From Lytechinus pictus (taxonomy: Eukaryota): a stretch of 64,000 nucleotides of DNA. A program made the translations under genes and the position numbers. Positions 41,035 through 50,318 of this stretch are shown one piece after another. The notes beneath the pieces were generated by a model. The model worked only from the letters and a program-made list of their open reading frames with translations, ran no database searches and had not been told where the DNA came from. The stretch covers positions 39,496,001 through 39,560,000 of the forward strand of contig NC_087245.1 in assembly GCF_037042905.1 (NCBI RefSeq), given 5' to 3'. Within the stretch, counting starts at the first letter, position 1; every line of letters begins with the position of its first letter.

Positions 41035-42496
41035 GGGTCATTCCATCTGGGTTCACCCAGTGGTTGCACCCGACCGTCTCAGAATTCGTTGTAATTTGGT
41101 ACACATAAAATTCACCATGGCCCACGTACAAAACAAAAAAAATAAGTCCAGTTGGTCCGTCGGTTCTCTCGCTACGGCCCGCCCTTTTCTCCTTGTTTTG
41201 ACAAAAATGGGCATGACCTTCAACTTTCAATGGCCACTGCGTCGTAACGTGTTGACCAATTTTCATGAAACTGGTACCATTTATTAGGAAATTCAGAGAG
41301 GAATCCAAAACATGCATCAAATAATGTATTGGAGTGATTTATAAGGTCGTGACCCTTGACCTTTACTTTGACCTTGAGTTTGACCCCCGGACAAATAATT
41401 TTTTAACTTGATTTTCATGTATGTTAATTATTTGTATGATGTTGACAAAATATGTTAAAACCAATGATGATATTTTATTTCTTCACCTTTAAAAACTCTT
41501 CCAAAGATAACATGAAATTTAACTCTAGTCCCACATACTAATATTCATGTTAGTAAAAGTGTTAACCAGTTACATGATTTCTTACAATCTTAAGTTACAG
41601 TATGCAAACACATGAAAGGAAATTAAGCTCATCAGTTCACAAATGAAACATTGAACATTTATGCTCATGAATAGGTATCTGTTTAGGCATTTTGATGTTC
41701 AGCAATATATATCATATATATATATATATATATTCTTGTTAGTATAGTGTTTAATTCTATCATCAAATTGTTGAGTATATGCCTATTTACTAACAAGAAT
41801 ATATATATGATATATATTGCTGAACATCAAAATGCCTAAACAGATACCAATTCATGAGCATAAATGTTTAATGTTTCATTTGTGAACTGATGAGCTTAAT
41901 TTCTTTTCATGTGCATGCATACTGTAACTTAAGATTGGAAGAAATCATGTAACTGGTAAACACTTTACTAACATGAATATCAGTATGTGGGACTAGAGTG
42001 AAATTTCATGGTATCTTTGGAAGAGTGTTAAAAGGTGAAGAAATAAAATATCATCATTGATTTTAACATATTTTGTTAATATCATACTAATAATTACCAT
42101 ACACGAAAATCAAGTTAAAAAATTATTTGTCCGGGGGTCAAACTCAAGGTCAAAGTAAAGGTCAAAGGTCACGACCTTATAAATCGCTCCGATACATTAT
42201 TTGATGCATGTTTTGGATTCCTCTCTGAATTTCCTAATAAATGGTACCAGTTTCATGAAAATTGGTCAACACGTTACGACGCAGTGGCCATTGAAAGTTG
42301 AAGGTCACGTCCATTTTTGTCAAAACAAGGAGAAAAGGGCGGGCCGTAGCGCGAGAACCGACGGACCAATTGGAATTATTATTTTTGTTTTGCGCGTGGG
42401 CCATGGTGAATTTTATGTGTACCAATTTACAACAAATTCCGAGAGGGTCGGGTGCAAAATTGCATATTCATTGGGTGAATTGGCATGGAATGACCC
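41035..42496. mobile_element. Foldback (near-palindromic) non-autonomous DNA transposon nested in the PLE
   Basis: Termini GGGTCATTCCAT...ATGGAATGACCC with GTAT on both sides. Arms are ~700 bp with a ~45-bp spacer near 41745-41790. Excision restores ATT AGT ATA CGT (I-S-I-R). Confidence 0.92.
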
Positions 42497-42683
42497 GTAT
42501 ACGTCTTTGTCCTAACAACTTCAACAGAGACAGCGGGATCGACATCCCCGATTTCTGGATGCGAACCATCCGACAGCACAATTCCCCCTTACCTGGCAGT
42601 GCACGCCGACCCGATCGTTCCCGGCCCCGATCCAGGGACCGCTCAGCTAGTCAACCCCCACCCACGGGAAACTAGCGAGCCCG

Positions 42684-42836
42684 CCAATTTTGTCTTATTT
42701 GCATATTGCCGACTCACCGCGTATTTGCATATATCTCCGGCTTTTTTGCATATACGCCCGACCAATCACATAACGGATCAGTGCCCACCTATTGTTCCTG
42801 CGTTCGTGCGTACGGTCCTGGGGATTTGTATAAATA
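42684..42836 (+). promoter_or_regulatory. Putative Pol II promoter in the PLE pLTR
   Basis: CCAAT at 42684 and 42762, octamer ATTTGCAT at 42697 and 42723, and TATAAATA at 42829-42836, about 30 nt upstream of the hammerhead motif. Confidence 0.5.
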
Positions 42837-42864
42837 AATAGACTTCGTTATCAGATAATTTTCG

Positions 42865-42905
42865 TCACTTGATAAAGAGTTGCAGCGGCACTCGAAAGCT
42901 TGTGA
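42865..42905 (+). ncRNA. Minimal type I hammerhead ribozyme motif (U3:A8 variant), 3' pLTR copy
   Basis: TCAC | TTGATAA A | GAGT tgcagcggc ACTC | GAAA gc TT | GTGA. Helix I is TCAC/GTGA, helix II is GAGT/ACTC, and the helix III region is the palindrome AAGCTT. Confidence 0.72.
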
Positions 42906-43293
42906 ACTTGTAAGCTAGTGAACACTTTTTGCGAGAGTGATCACGAATTTCCTAGAAAGCTAGTGAACACTTTTTGTGAGAGTGATCACGAATTTCCTTG
43001 TTGACCATAGTAGATTGCGAGACAAATGAATACCCTCTAGCGATTACATTCCTTTTAATCATCGTAATCCATAAATGGCGCTAATTTCTGCAAAGTGTGA
43101 CTTATAAATTTACAGAAATTCATAGTATTCTACAGCTGAAGTGTATAGAGTATAGAGAAAGACTGAGGGAAAATTTCAGTCATTGAATAAAGTGGTAAAT
43201 AGTGTTTTTAGAATCCCAATTTCATTTTGATAAATAAAAACATATGGAGTACCGAAGCGATGACGTCGTCTTGGTTCTAAACAAATAAAACCG

Positions 43294-43451
43294 GGGGCCG
43301 TTTCATAAAGCTGTTCGCAAGTTAGCGACCTCAAGAACGACTGGTGATCCTTTTGCGCTTTACCATCGCCAATTTGTTATACCACAATAAAGGATCACCA
43401 GACGTTCCCAAAGTCGCTCCTAACCCACGAACAGCTTTATGAAACGGCCCC
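43294..43451. mobile_element. Harbinger-like MITE family 3 (other copies ~35650-35822, ~49694-49858, ~52078-52257, ~56022-56200)
   Basis: TIR GGGGCCGTTTCATAAAGCTGTTCG ... CGAACAGCTTTATGAAACGGCCCC. Confidence 0.82.
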
Positions 43452-43741
43452 CGGGCGCCCTGTTCTGACTCTCAGAATGATGGTAACAACCAGGGACAAA
43501 ACACACATCACCATTTTTGCAAATACAAATGTGTATAGACGATTGGACAGCTGTGGCTGCATTCAGAACCAGCCGGTTCGTTGTCATGACATCGTGACGT
43601 CACACTTCGGTGCTCTATTAAAGGTAAAATAAATCTCAGAATATGGGGCCCCTGATCATTTTCCATGCAAACCAGCCATAAAGTATAAATCAAATCAATG
43701 TGAGTGAATTTTCATTTCATGTCTCTCTTTCTGACTCATAG

Positions 43742-43910
43742 AAAAGAAGGTTTGCAAGCGAATGTGAACTTTGAAATACATTTCACCCAACTGGATAACG
43801 ATAATATCTCTCCACCTGATGCGCACTCGATACTCTCTGACACCCTCCAATCTCCGCGGCAGTTTGGCCCGATTAGAACTCTCGGTGGAAATGTGGATTT
43901 CCAAACCTAA
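43742..43910 (+). CDS. SEA-like domain exon 3, ending in TAA
   Basis: Acceptor ctctttctgactcatag| phase 2. Encodes (I)KEGLQANVNFEIHFTQLDNDNISPPDAHSILSDTLQSPRQFGPIRTLGGNVDFQT*. The stop is followed directly by gtgagt. The five exons sum to 843 nt (280 aa + stop). Confidence 0.78.
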
Positions 43911-44737
43911 GTGAGTATTCTGGATTGAAGGGATGGGGGAAGGGGAAAGTGGAAAGGTAGTTCTAAGAAAGATTGCTCTTCATTACGTCAAACCCCCGTT
44001 TGGAGAAAGACCGCAGTTCAGATTGCAAACTGCGGTTTTATACCCCATTTTACGTTTGGAAATCCCAAAGATCATTTCCAAGCCCTGATCAACCCTGCTT
44101 GGCCAGGTAATCCCCGCTGTCTCAATTTCACCTCCACAGGCCTGTATATGAGCGTCGAGCCAAGGACGAAATGATAAACAACAGCTGTGCTATTACGTAA
44201 GACTTCTCTGCCTGTAGTAGGACCTTCGGAATGAAATTATTGTATTCGATATTTAATCACGTTTTCAAAGGCATATTGTATTCAGAGATCCAATGTTAGT
44301 CCATTTTCAATTTCGAACGAATCCATTTTCAATTTCGAACGAAGAAAATCGACCTCGAAAGAAGGAAAGTAAGCGAATAAAAATGACGGCATGCTTTGCA
44401 GGGACCGCGCTCAGCGCTGCGCATGCATCCCTTCGTGTGTGGCCCCCTGCTGTGACTGTATATGCCGGGCTGTTGTGTTATCTTCGGACCGAGGTCAAGA
44501 AACAGGTGTTTTGATACTTAAACTGCTTGCTTGGGGGCAGTTAGGGTTTGTCGTACTTGGAGAAGAGAATTGATGAAGAGGGAAACAGGGGTATAGTGTT
44601 CTCAAATGGAGGTTTTCGTCATGTGAGCCATCTCCGAACTGCCTTCTTCCTCCCTGGAACCTATCAATACAGCAGGTGGGGTATGGGAAAAATTGTCATA
44701 GGCCTGTACTCTGGTTTGATTTAAACTCTGGTCTTAA

Positions 44738-45501
44738 TATCTTAACTGGGCTATTTCAGACCAACATATACTGGGGGGGGGTCAATTTGACACCCCCCCC
44801 CCCCATATCTCAGCCGTTGATTTTTGAAATTTGTTTGCGCGTAGAGCCTGATGTAAACTACAAGACTGTATAGTAAAAATTTTCAAAAAATAAATTGCTT
44901 ATATTTTTTTATTAATTAATTATGCAAATTAGTGTATGAAATTTGCCCCAAATTTGTTTTTTTGTGTATGTTTTTGCCTTTAACTCAATTTATATAACTA
45001 GTAGACTGCTAATTTTTTGTGAATATATAGATTTTTACATTTCTAACAAAAATCTACAAAAAATTTGCCGAAAAATGATTAATTTCCTATGTATCTTATT
45101 GTTTTTTCTTCTTATGTATTTCTATGTTTTTTCAAACCTTTGTTGCTTATTGTTTTTTTCAATGAACTTTGTCAGGGACCCTTTTGCGATCATAAATAAC
45201 ATAAAATAAATCCATCTGAACCAACAAAACTAAAAATATTCATACATTAATGATTTTTGATTGAAAAACACAATTTGCATTGACTTTGTACACGTTTTTG
45301 AGCAATTTTGGGACCGACATGCGCTTACAAAATATTTGCGTAATTTGGGATCCACGTCCCTGGGCGTCGCAAATTTGGTCTCAAAACATGCGCAAGACTT
45401 GAAAGTTAAAGTAAGTGAGCGGTGCAGTCAAAAAATTTTGCGCAGCGGCGAAATTTGTTGAGGAGGGGTCAAATTGACCCCCCCCCCCAGTTTAATAAGG
45501 G
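44738..45501. mobile_element. piggyBac-like MITE (TTAA flanks) nested in an older inverted-repeat element (~44701-45773)
   Basis: Right end ...cagtttaataaggg|ttaa and degenerate left end ttaa|tatcttaactggg. gggtcaatttgac(a)ccc palindromes near both ends. Outer termini ggcctgta ... tacaggcc. Confidence 0.62.
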
Positions 45502-46001
45502 TTAAGTTATGGTTTAACTATGGATAGCCGATTGTGACAAGTTCCTCTAACAGGATAAGTTAAAATTGTTAGACCATTGACATTCAAATCGTTTATGACT
45601 GACTGGGAACGATTACTGAAATAGTTCTCTTCTTTATGTAAACATGAGGAAAGAGCCAAGTAAAGATGGGAAACATGTAATGTAAATGCAATCTTTTTTA
45701 ATATTTGGCTTTCCATATCTTTAACATCGGGTTAGACGATGGTTTAAGTTAAACTAGACTTCAGATTACAGGCCATTGTACTTTCAAGTATAAGCTAATA
45801 AAAGGACAAGGGTTTGGGGGGAGCTGTGGACAAATGAATTACAATTTATGAGATTAAAATTAGTGAACAGTCTTATGATTTTTTTTAATACTTGGGCTAT
45901 TAATTAGGAGCATCTCTCTGACTCAAATCCCACCCCCAAGGCCCTCACCACAGCGGCGAATCCAGGCGCTTATCTTATCCCTATATATATATATATATAT
46001 A

Positions 46002-46168
46002 TGTTGTGAAAGAAATGAATGAAGAGAACAATGGTAGGTGTAGCTTCAATTCAAGGTTCCCCAGAGCTATCTGCCCTTTGAAAAAATTGGTGATGCCGAA
46101 AAATTGTCTCTGCCGGGAATCGAACCCGGGGCCCCCAGCTTTGAACACCGGTGCCTTAACCACTATAC
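46002..46168 (-). mobile_element. tRNA-derived SINE (or tRNA pseudogene) with (AT)n tail
   Basis: A-box-like TAGTGGTTAAGG and B box GGTTCGATTCC. No intact acceptor stem. About 100 nt of non-tRNA body, then (AT)n. Confidence 0.65.
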
Positions 46169-46220
46169 ATATTTAAATACAAAGAGTTGCCAAAGCTGTT
46201 GTACATGTATAATGGAGTGT

Positions 46221-46502
46221 GGAGCGTTGTGGCCCAGTGGATAAGTCTTCTGACTTAGAAAAAGAGGGTCGTGAGTTCGAATCCCAGCCATGGCGTAATT
46301 TCCTTCAGCAAGAAATTTATCCACATTGTGCTGCACTCGACCCAGGTGAGGTGAATGGGTACCCAGCACGATTAATTCCTTTAATGCATGAGCGTTGAAA
46401 GGCAGCTCGAGCTAAAGCCGGGGTAATAATAATAACAACGCGCCTCGGAATAGAATATTTCTAGATAGATGGCGCTATATAAATGCCTATTATTATTATA
46501 AT
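46221..46502 (+). mobile_element. Full-length tRNA-derived SINE with LINE (L2/CR1)-like tail
   Basis: A box TGGCCCAGTGG and B box GAGTTCGAATCC. Central ctcgacccaggtg..gaatgggtacc block. 3' end ggcgctatataaatgcc(tat)n. Related tails at ~50977-51110 (+) and ~38918-38985 (-). Confidence 0.85.
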
Positions 46503-46753
46503 GTCTAACATTTATATATATATATATATATATATTGAAATTTACTAAGGAGTTTGCCAACACTCCCTCCATTTTCCGAAATTGCTAATTGCACCCCATC
46601 GTTTTCAAAATCCCTGATCGGCCACTCTGAGGGCATCATCTGATATTGTGTCCTGTGTTGATTGCATCTTTAGCTATTAAAATCCACTCATCTCCCGTCC
46701 GGTGGATTGGCTCTGGGTTAGGGATGTTCGGGAAAGAGAGCCTTCCATATCTG

Positions 46754-47186
46754 CAGACCTGCCAACCAGTACGTTAATGGCGTATTTAGTACGTTTTTGC
46801 AACCAAAATACGGCAGTACGTTTTTCTTTTAAAAAAATATATATATATATTTTTTTTTACAAAATCGTAATTGAGAAAAATCATCTCTATATGTCTCTAT
46901 TTCATAAAACTTACACAAATATGGTTATTAGATCAATGTAATTTCAGGCAACTTGTTTTTTTCCCCAATCATTTTGTTAAAACCAGGGTGAGATATACAC
47001 ATGTTTGAATGTTTTTTTTCATCTGCAAGAGCAGTGCGCATTTCAGCTTGCATGCAGCTTGAGCGCCGCGATGAGCGAGTGCGCCAAGCATTTTATTATG
47101 AAATACGCTTTTGGGGGGAAAAATACACTTTTTTTTAATGATCATCACAGAATACACTTTTTCATTCCCAGAGGTTGGCAGGTCTG
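46754..47186. mobile_element. MITE with 6-bp TSD
   Basis: Perfect 14-bp TIR CAGACCTGCCAACC / GGTTGGCAGGTCTG with TATCTG on both sides. Confidence 0.82.
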
Positions 47187-47491
47187 TATCTGGCTACATG
47201 TAGAGCCGAAAGAGGGCATGTAGCATTTAGAATCTGAATATTATGCTGTAGGGTATATTAGTGAAAGGAAATTAACAATTTTTCTACTTTTACATGCTAG
47301 AATATTTGATTTGATTTCTATGTTTCTGAAAGAATCATAACCATGTGTTTCATTTGTATCTCTACCGCTCTTTCTATTACGCAGCCTGTTCCTGAAAACC
47401 ACCTGTGCCAGAATTATTTCATCAGTCCTCCATATGGAGAGTCAGTCAAGAATGAAGGACGGCAGATGAAATGTAAATTTTCTACAATATG

Positions 47492-47985
47492 CAGTGGTGC
47501 TCAAAAGTTAGTGAACCCCACCAGAAAATGAACATATTTCAAGTGTTCAAGTTCTGCCATGTTCTAGATATTTAATTGTGAAGTCAGGGGATGAAATGTC
47601 ACATTCAGCAATGTTTGTTTCTCTGGGCGCACCGGCAGTAGCGTACCTAGGATTTTCCAGAGAGGGGGCAAATTCGTCCGCCAAAAAATTTGACAAGCCC
47701 CCCCCCAAAAAAAAGGTCTTCAACCGCATGTAAAGGACATTTCACACCAGGAAAAAAATTGACAAGCAAAAAAAAGGGTCTTCAAGTTCATAGTAGGGGG
47801 GGGGGGGGCACTTGTGGCTCATCAGGAATCAGTTGTGACTCGTCAGGGGGGGGGGGCAGTCTGCCCCCCCTTCACCATAGGTACGCTAGTGCGCACTGGA
47901 CATTGTAGTGTTGTTGTCTCCATTCAACACTCAGCATGGAGGAGTGCTTTTTCTGTTGGCATTCACTAGTTTTGTAGCACCACTG
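47492..47985. mobile_element. Tc1/mariner-like MITE containing a nested hAT-like MITE (47636-47891)
   Basis: Outer TIR CAGTGGTGCTCAAAA ... TTTTGTAGCACCACTG|TA. Inner element CAGTAGCGTACCTA ... TAGGTACGCTAGTG with TSD CGCACCGG/CGCACTGG. Confidence 0.78.
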
Positions 47986-49966
47986 TAATTAACATTTGTT
48001 GAATAAGATCTGAAGGAATACAAAACCTAAGTTACAATATTTTCAACAAGTGGAGTGAGCCCATTCCTGACAAGCGAGTCTCTAGTAGGTGGCAAGGAGG
48101 CCTTTCCCAATTACTTTGATGAAGAAAACTAGAATCATACACTTTTTTGAGCGTGAAAATTATTAAATTCTCTGTTCACGTTTTAATGACATCAGCATAC
48201 ATGGCGGTAGAAAGGGAGAATGATCACTCAAAATCTATAAATTTGCCGTGTGACGGTAGATGGAAATCACTATTTTCACTTGTAGAGTGTGGGTTTTCAT
48301 CTTCTTATCAAAAATGTTGTTGTCTATTCATGTTTACATGAACTTTCACAATATGCAGCATTAAAATAAATAGAAAAAAACTACAGTTGACATATTTATT
48401 AAGAGAAGCTGATTAAATATTAAACTTCTAATAATTCCCTGGCATGAATCATTCTTATCAGGAATGGATATTGATATATTCTTGATGATTATGCCATTAA
48501 CCATGACCCCCTTCAACAACGTTATGTTTTAACTTTATTGTTAAGAGTGGTGCTCTATGTCTGTGCGGTGCCCCTTGTCTGTGCAGTCATCAAATGAAAC
48601 ACACAACAACAATGAAATTTACTTCTGCAGTAGAGAGACAGATAGTCATTTTGAAAAAGAAGGCAAAATGATGAGAATGTTGATAAATATCTGGCATTTC
48701 GTGCAAAGACTCAAAATGCAGCTATTCTTATTAAAATCCATGGAGTGGCATTCTGATGGCCGTGGTTTAGTTAAACCTGGGTTAACTATAGGCCTCAGTT
48801 TTATGGAGTGCCACTTGTCAAATAATTCACCAATTAAAAATCATTCTTATTCTGCTGCAAAAAGTTGTCAAAAATTATTTGAGTTGTGAAATCGTAAGAA
48901 TATGAAAATACTTTGAATTTTGTTGAATTAATCAATACATTATATTCGTCACGAATATGGAAGAAATATTATGAAGCCCAGCACTTTCATAGAAGTGGTT
49001 TGAAATTCTAGTTTAGATTAGGATTATCAGACCACCTACCACCCATAAAGTGTGTGCATATACATGGACCACCATTCTGGTTTTTCACTAGAACATTATA
49101 GAGTACCGGAGTGATGACGTCAGTTTCCATGGTGTCAAGGCGGCCTGGTTCTTAAGAAATGAACCCGCTTCGGTGCTCTATACTTGCTCCTCTTTGGGTG
49201 AAAGTTTTGGCACACCAAAGTGTACAGAATAAATCAGACGATACCATCTGAAACTTTGGGGAATGTGAACTTGAAGAGATTCGTGTTCAGCCATCAGTCC
49301 GATTTTAGGTGCGCAGACACGGGGCTACCCTTCATATCAATATTCATCTGTTTTGTATAGACGGTGGTTTTCTATGGCCTATCTTTCAAATGAGGCCTGT
49401 TTGAGAATTAATCTCTGCTATGAATTTCTGTTGCCTACGTGTCACAGACATCTTCAATTAAAAAAATACGCAGTACAAAGAAATGGGATGCCTTTCTTGC
49501 CTGTTAGACTTTATAGTCCATGTTCTGAGGCCTGGTTTAATTTAGGCCAAGGGCCCTGTTGCACAAAAGTTACTATTATAGTAACTGTGCCATCCAATGG
49601 TAACTCCCCTGAAATCCTTGATTCTGATTGGCTGATTAGCATCGTTACCATGGTAGTTACTATAAGAGTAACTTTTATGCAAACGGAGCCCAGGTGGGTG
49701 CTTCGTAAAGCTGTTCGTAAGAGCAACTTTAAGAACGACTGGTGAACATTTCTTAGGCGCGTAGTAATTACCAATGAACATATCATTTACCACAAGAAAG
49801 GATCACCAGTCGTCCTTAAAGTCGCTCTTAACGTACGAACAGCCTCATGAAACGGCCCCTGGGTCTAACTCTGTACTAACATTACAGGAAGCCAAAAGTG
49901 TCAAAAAATTTTGGCTAACGATGTTTTTTTCTTATGTTCTCTTTGCTTTTTCATTATGCTTTAATG

Positions 49967-50318
49967 GTGATATGCACAACGCAGAAAAAAACTTTTTCAT
50001 TATCAGTAATATAAAATGCTTCATATAGGTATGAAACATTGATGTACATGTATGACAGGAAAATGATATTAGATGTTACGGCGCGGGTAATTTTCTTGCC
50101 TTTTTGTGCCGTGCTTGTGGTTAAAATGAAATTTGAATTCTTGGAAATGTGATATGCACAATGTAAAAAAGATATTTTCGTTATCATTAATACAATTAAT
50201 AGATATGAAACATTAATGTATGACGGGAAAATGATATTAGATGTGACGGCGCAGGTAATTTACTCGCATTTTTTGTGCTGTGCTTGTGAATGAAATAAAA
50301 TTTGAATTCTTGATGTGG
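49967..50318. repeat. ~180-bp diverged tandem duplication
   Basis: gtgatatgcacaa...gaaaatgatattagatgt...aaatttgaattcttg occurs twice. Confidence 0.85.

Larger units (their letters stand above)
39434..42675 (+). pseudogene. Disrupted PLE RT/GIY-YIG ORF
   Basis: 109-bp insertion in the FDVV motif, a frameshift just after YVDD (~40240), TAG at 40967-40969, and a 1.46-kb insertion inside KEAISIR. Confidence 0.9.
39281..43046 (+). mobile_element. 5'-truncated, decayed Penelope-like retroelement (Poseidon-like) with an inverted pLTR copy at the 5' end
   Basis: RT motifs YGLPKIHKPGIPLRPIVS, SFDVVSLFTNVP, YEQTEGAAMGS, RYVDD and LAFLDTLV. GIY-YIG endonuclease VVYNIPCQGCDGSYIGET...KEAISIR...NRDSG. 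39281-39420 is the reverse complement of 42862-43046 (apart from a 45-bp duplication). Confidence 0.93.

Noticed and set aside
40901..42515. Pairs of near-identical ORFs on opposite strands (MMHVLDSSLNF..., MAH.QNK...)
   Set aside because: Mirror products of the foldback arms, with no recognisable transposase motifs.
46095..46168. Functional tRNA or tRNA-Sec gene
   Set aside because: No intact acceptor stem and no long variable arm. Followed by a SINE-like body and (AT)n.
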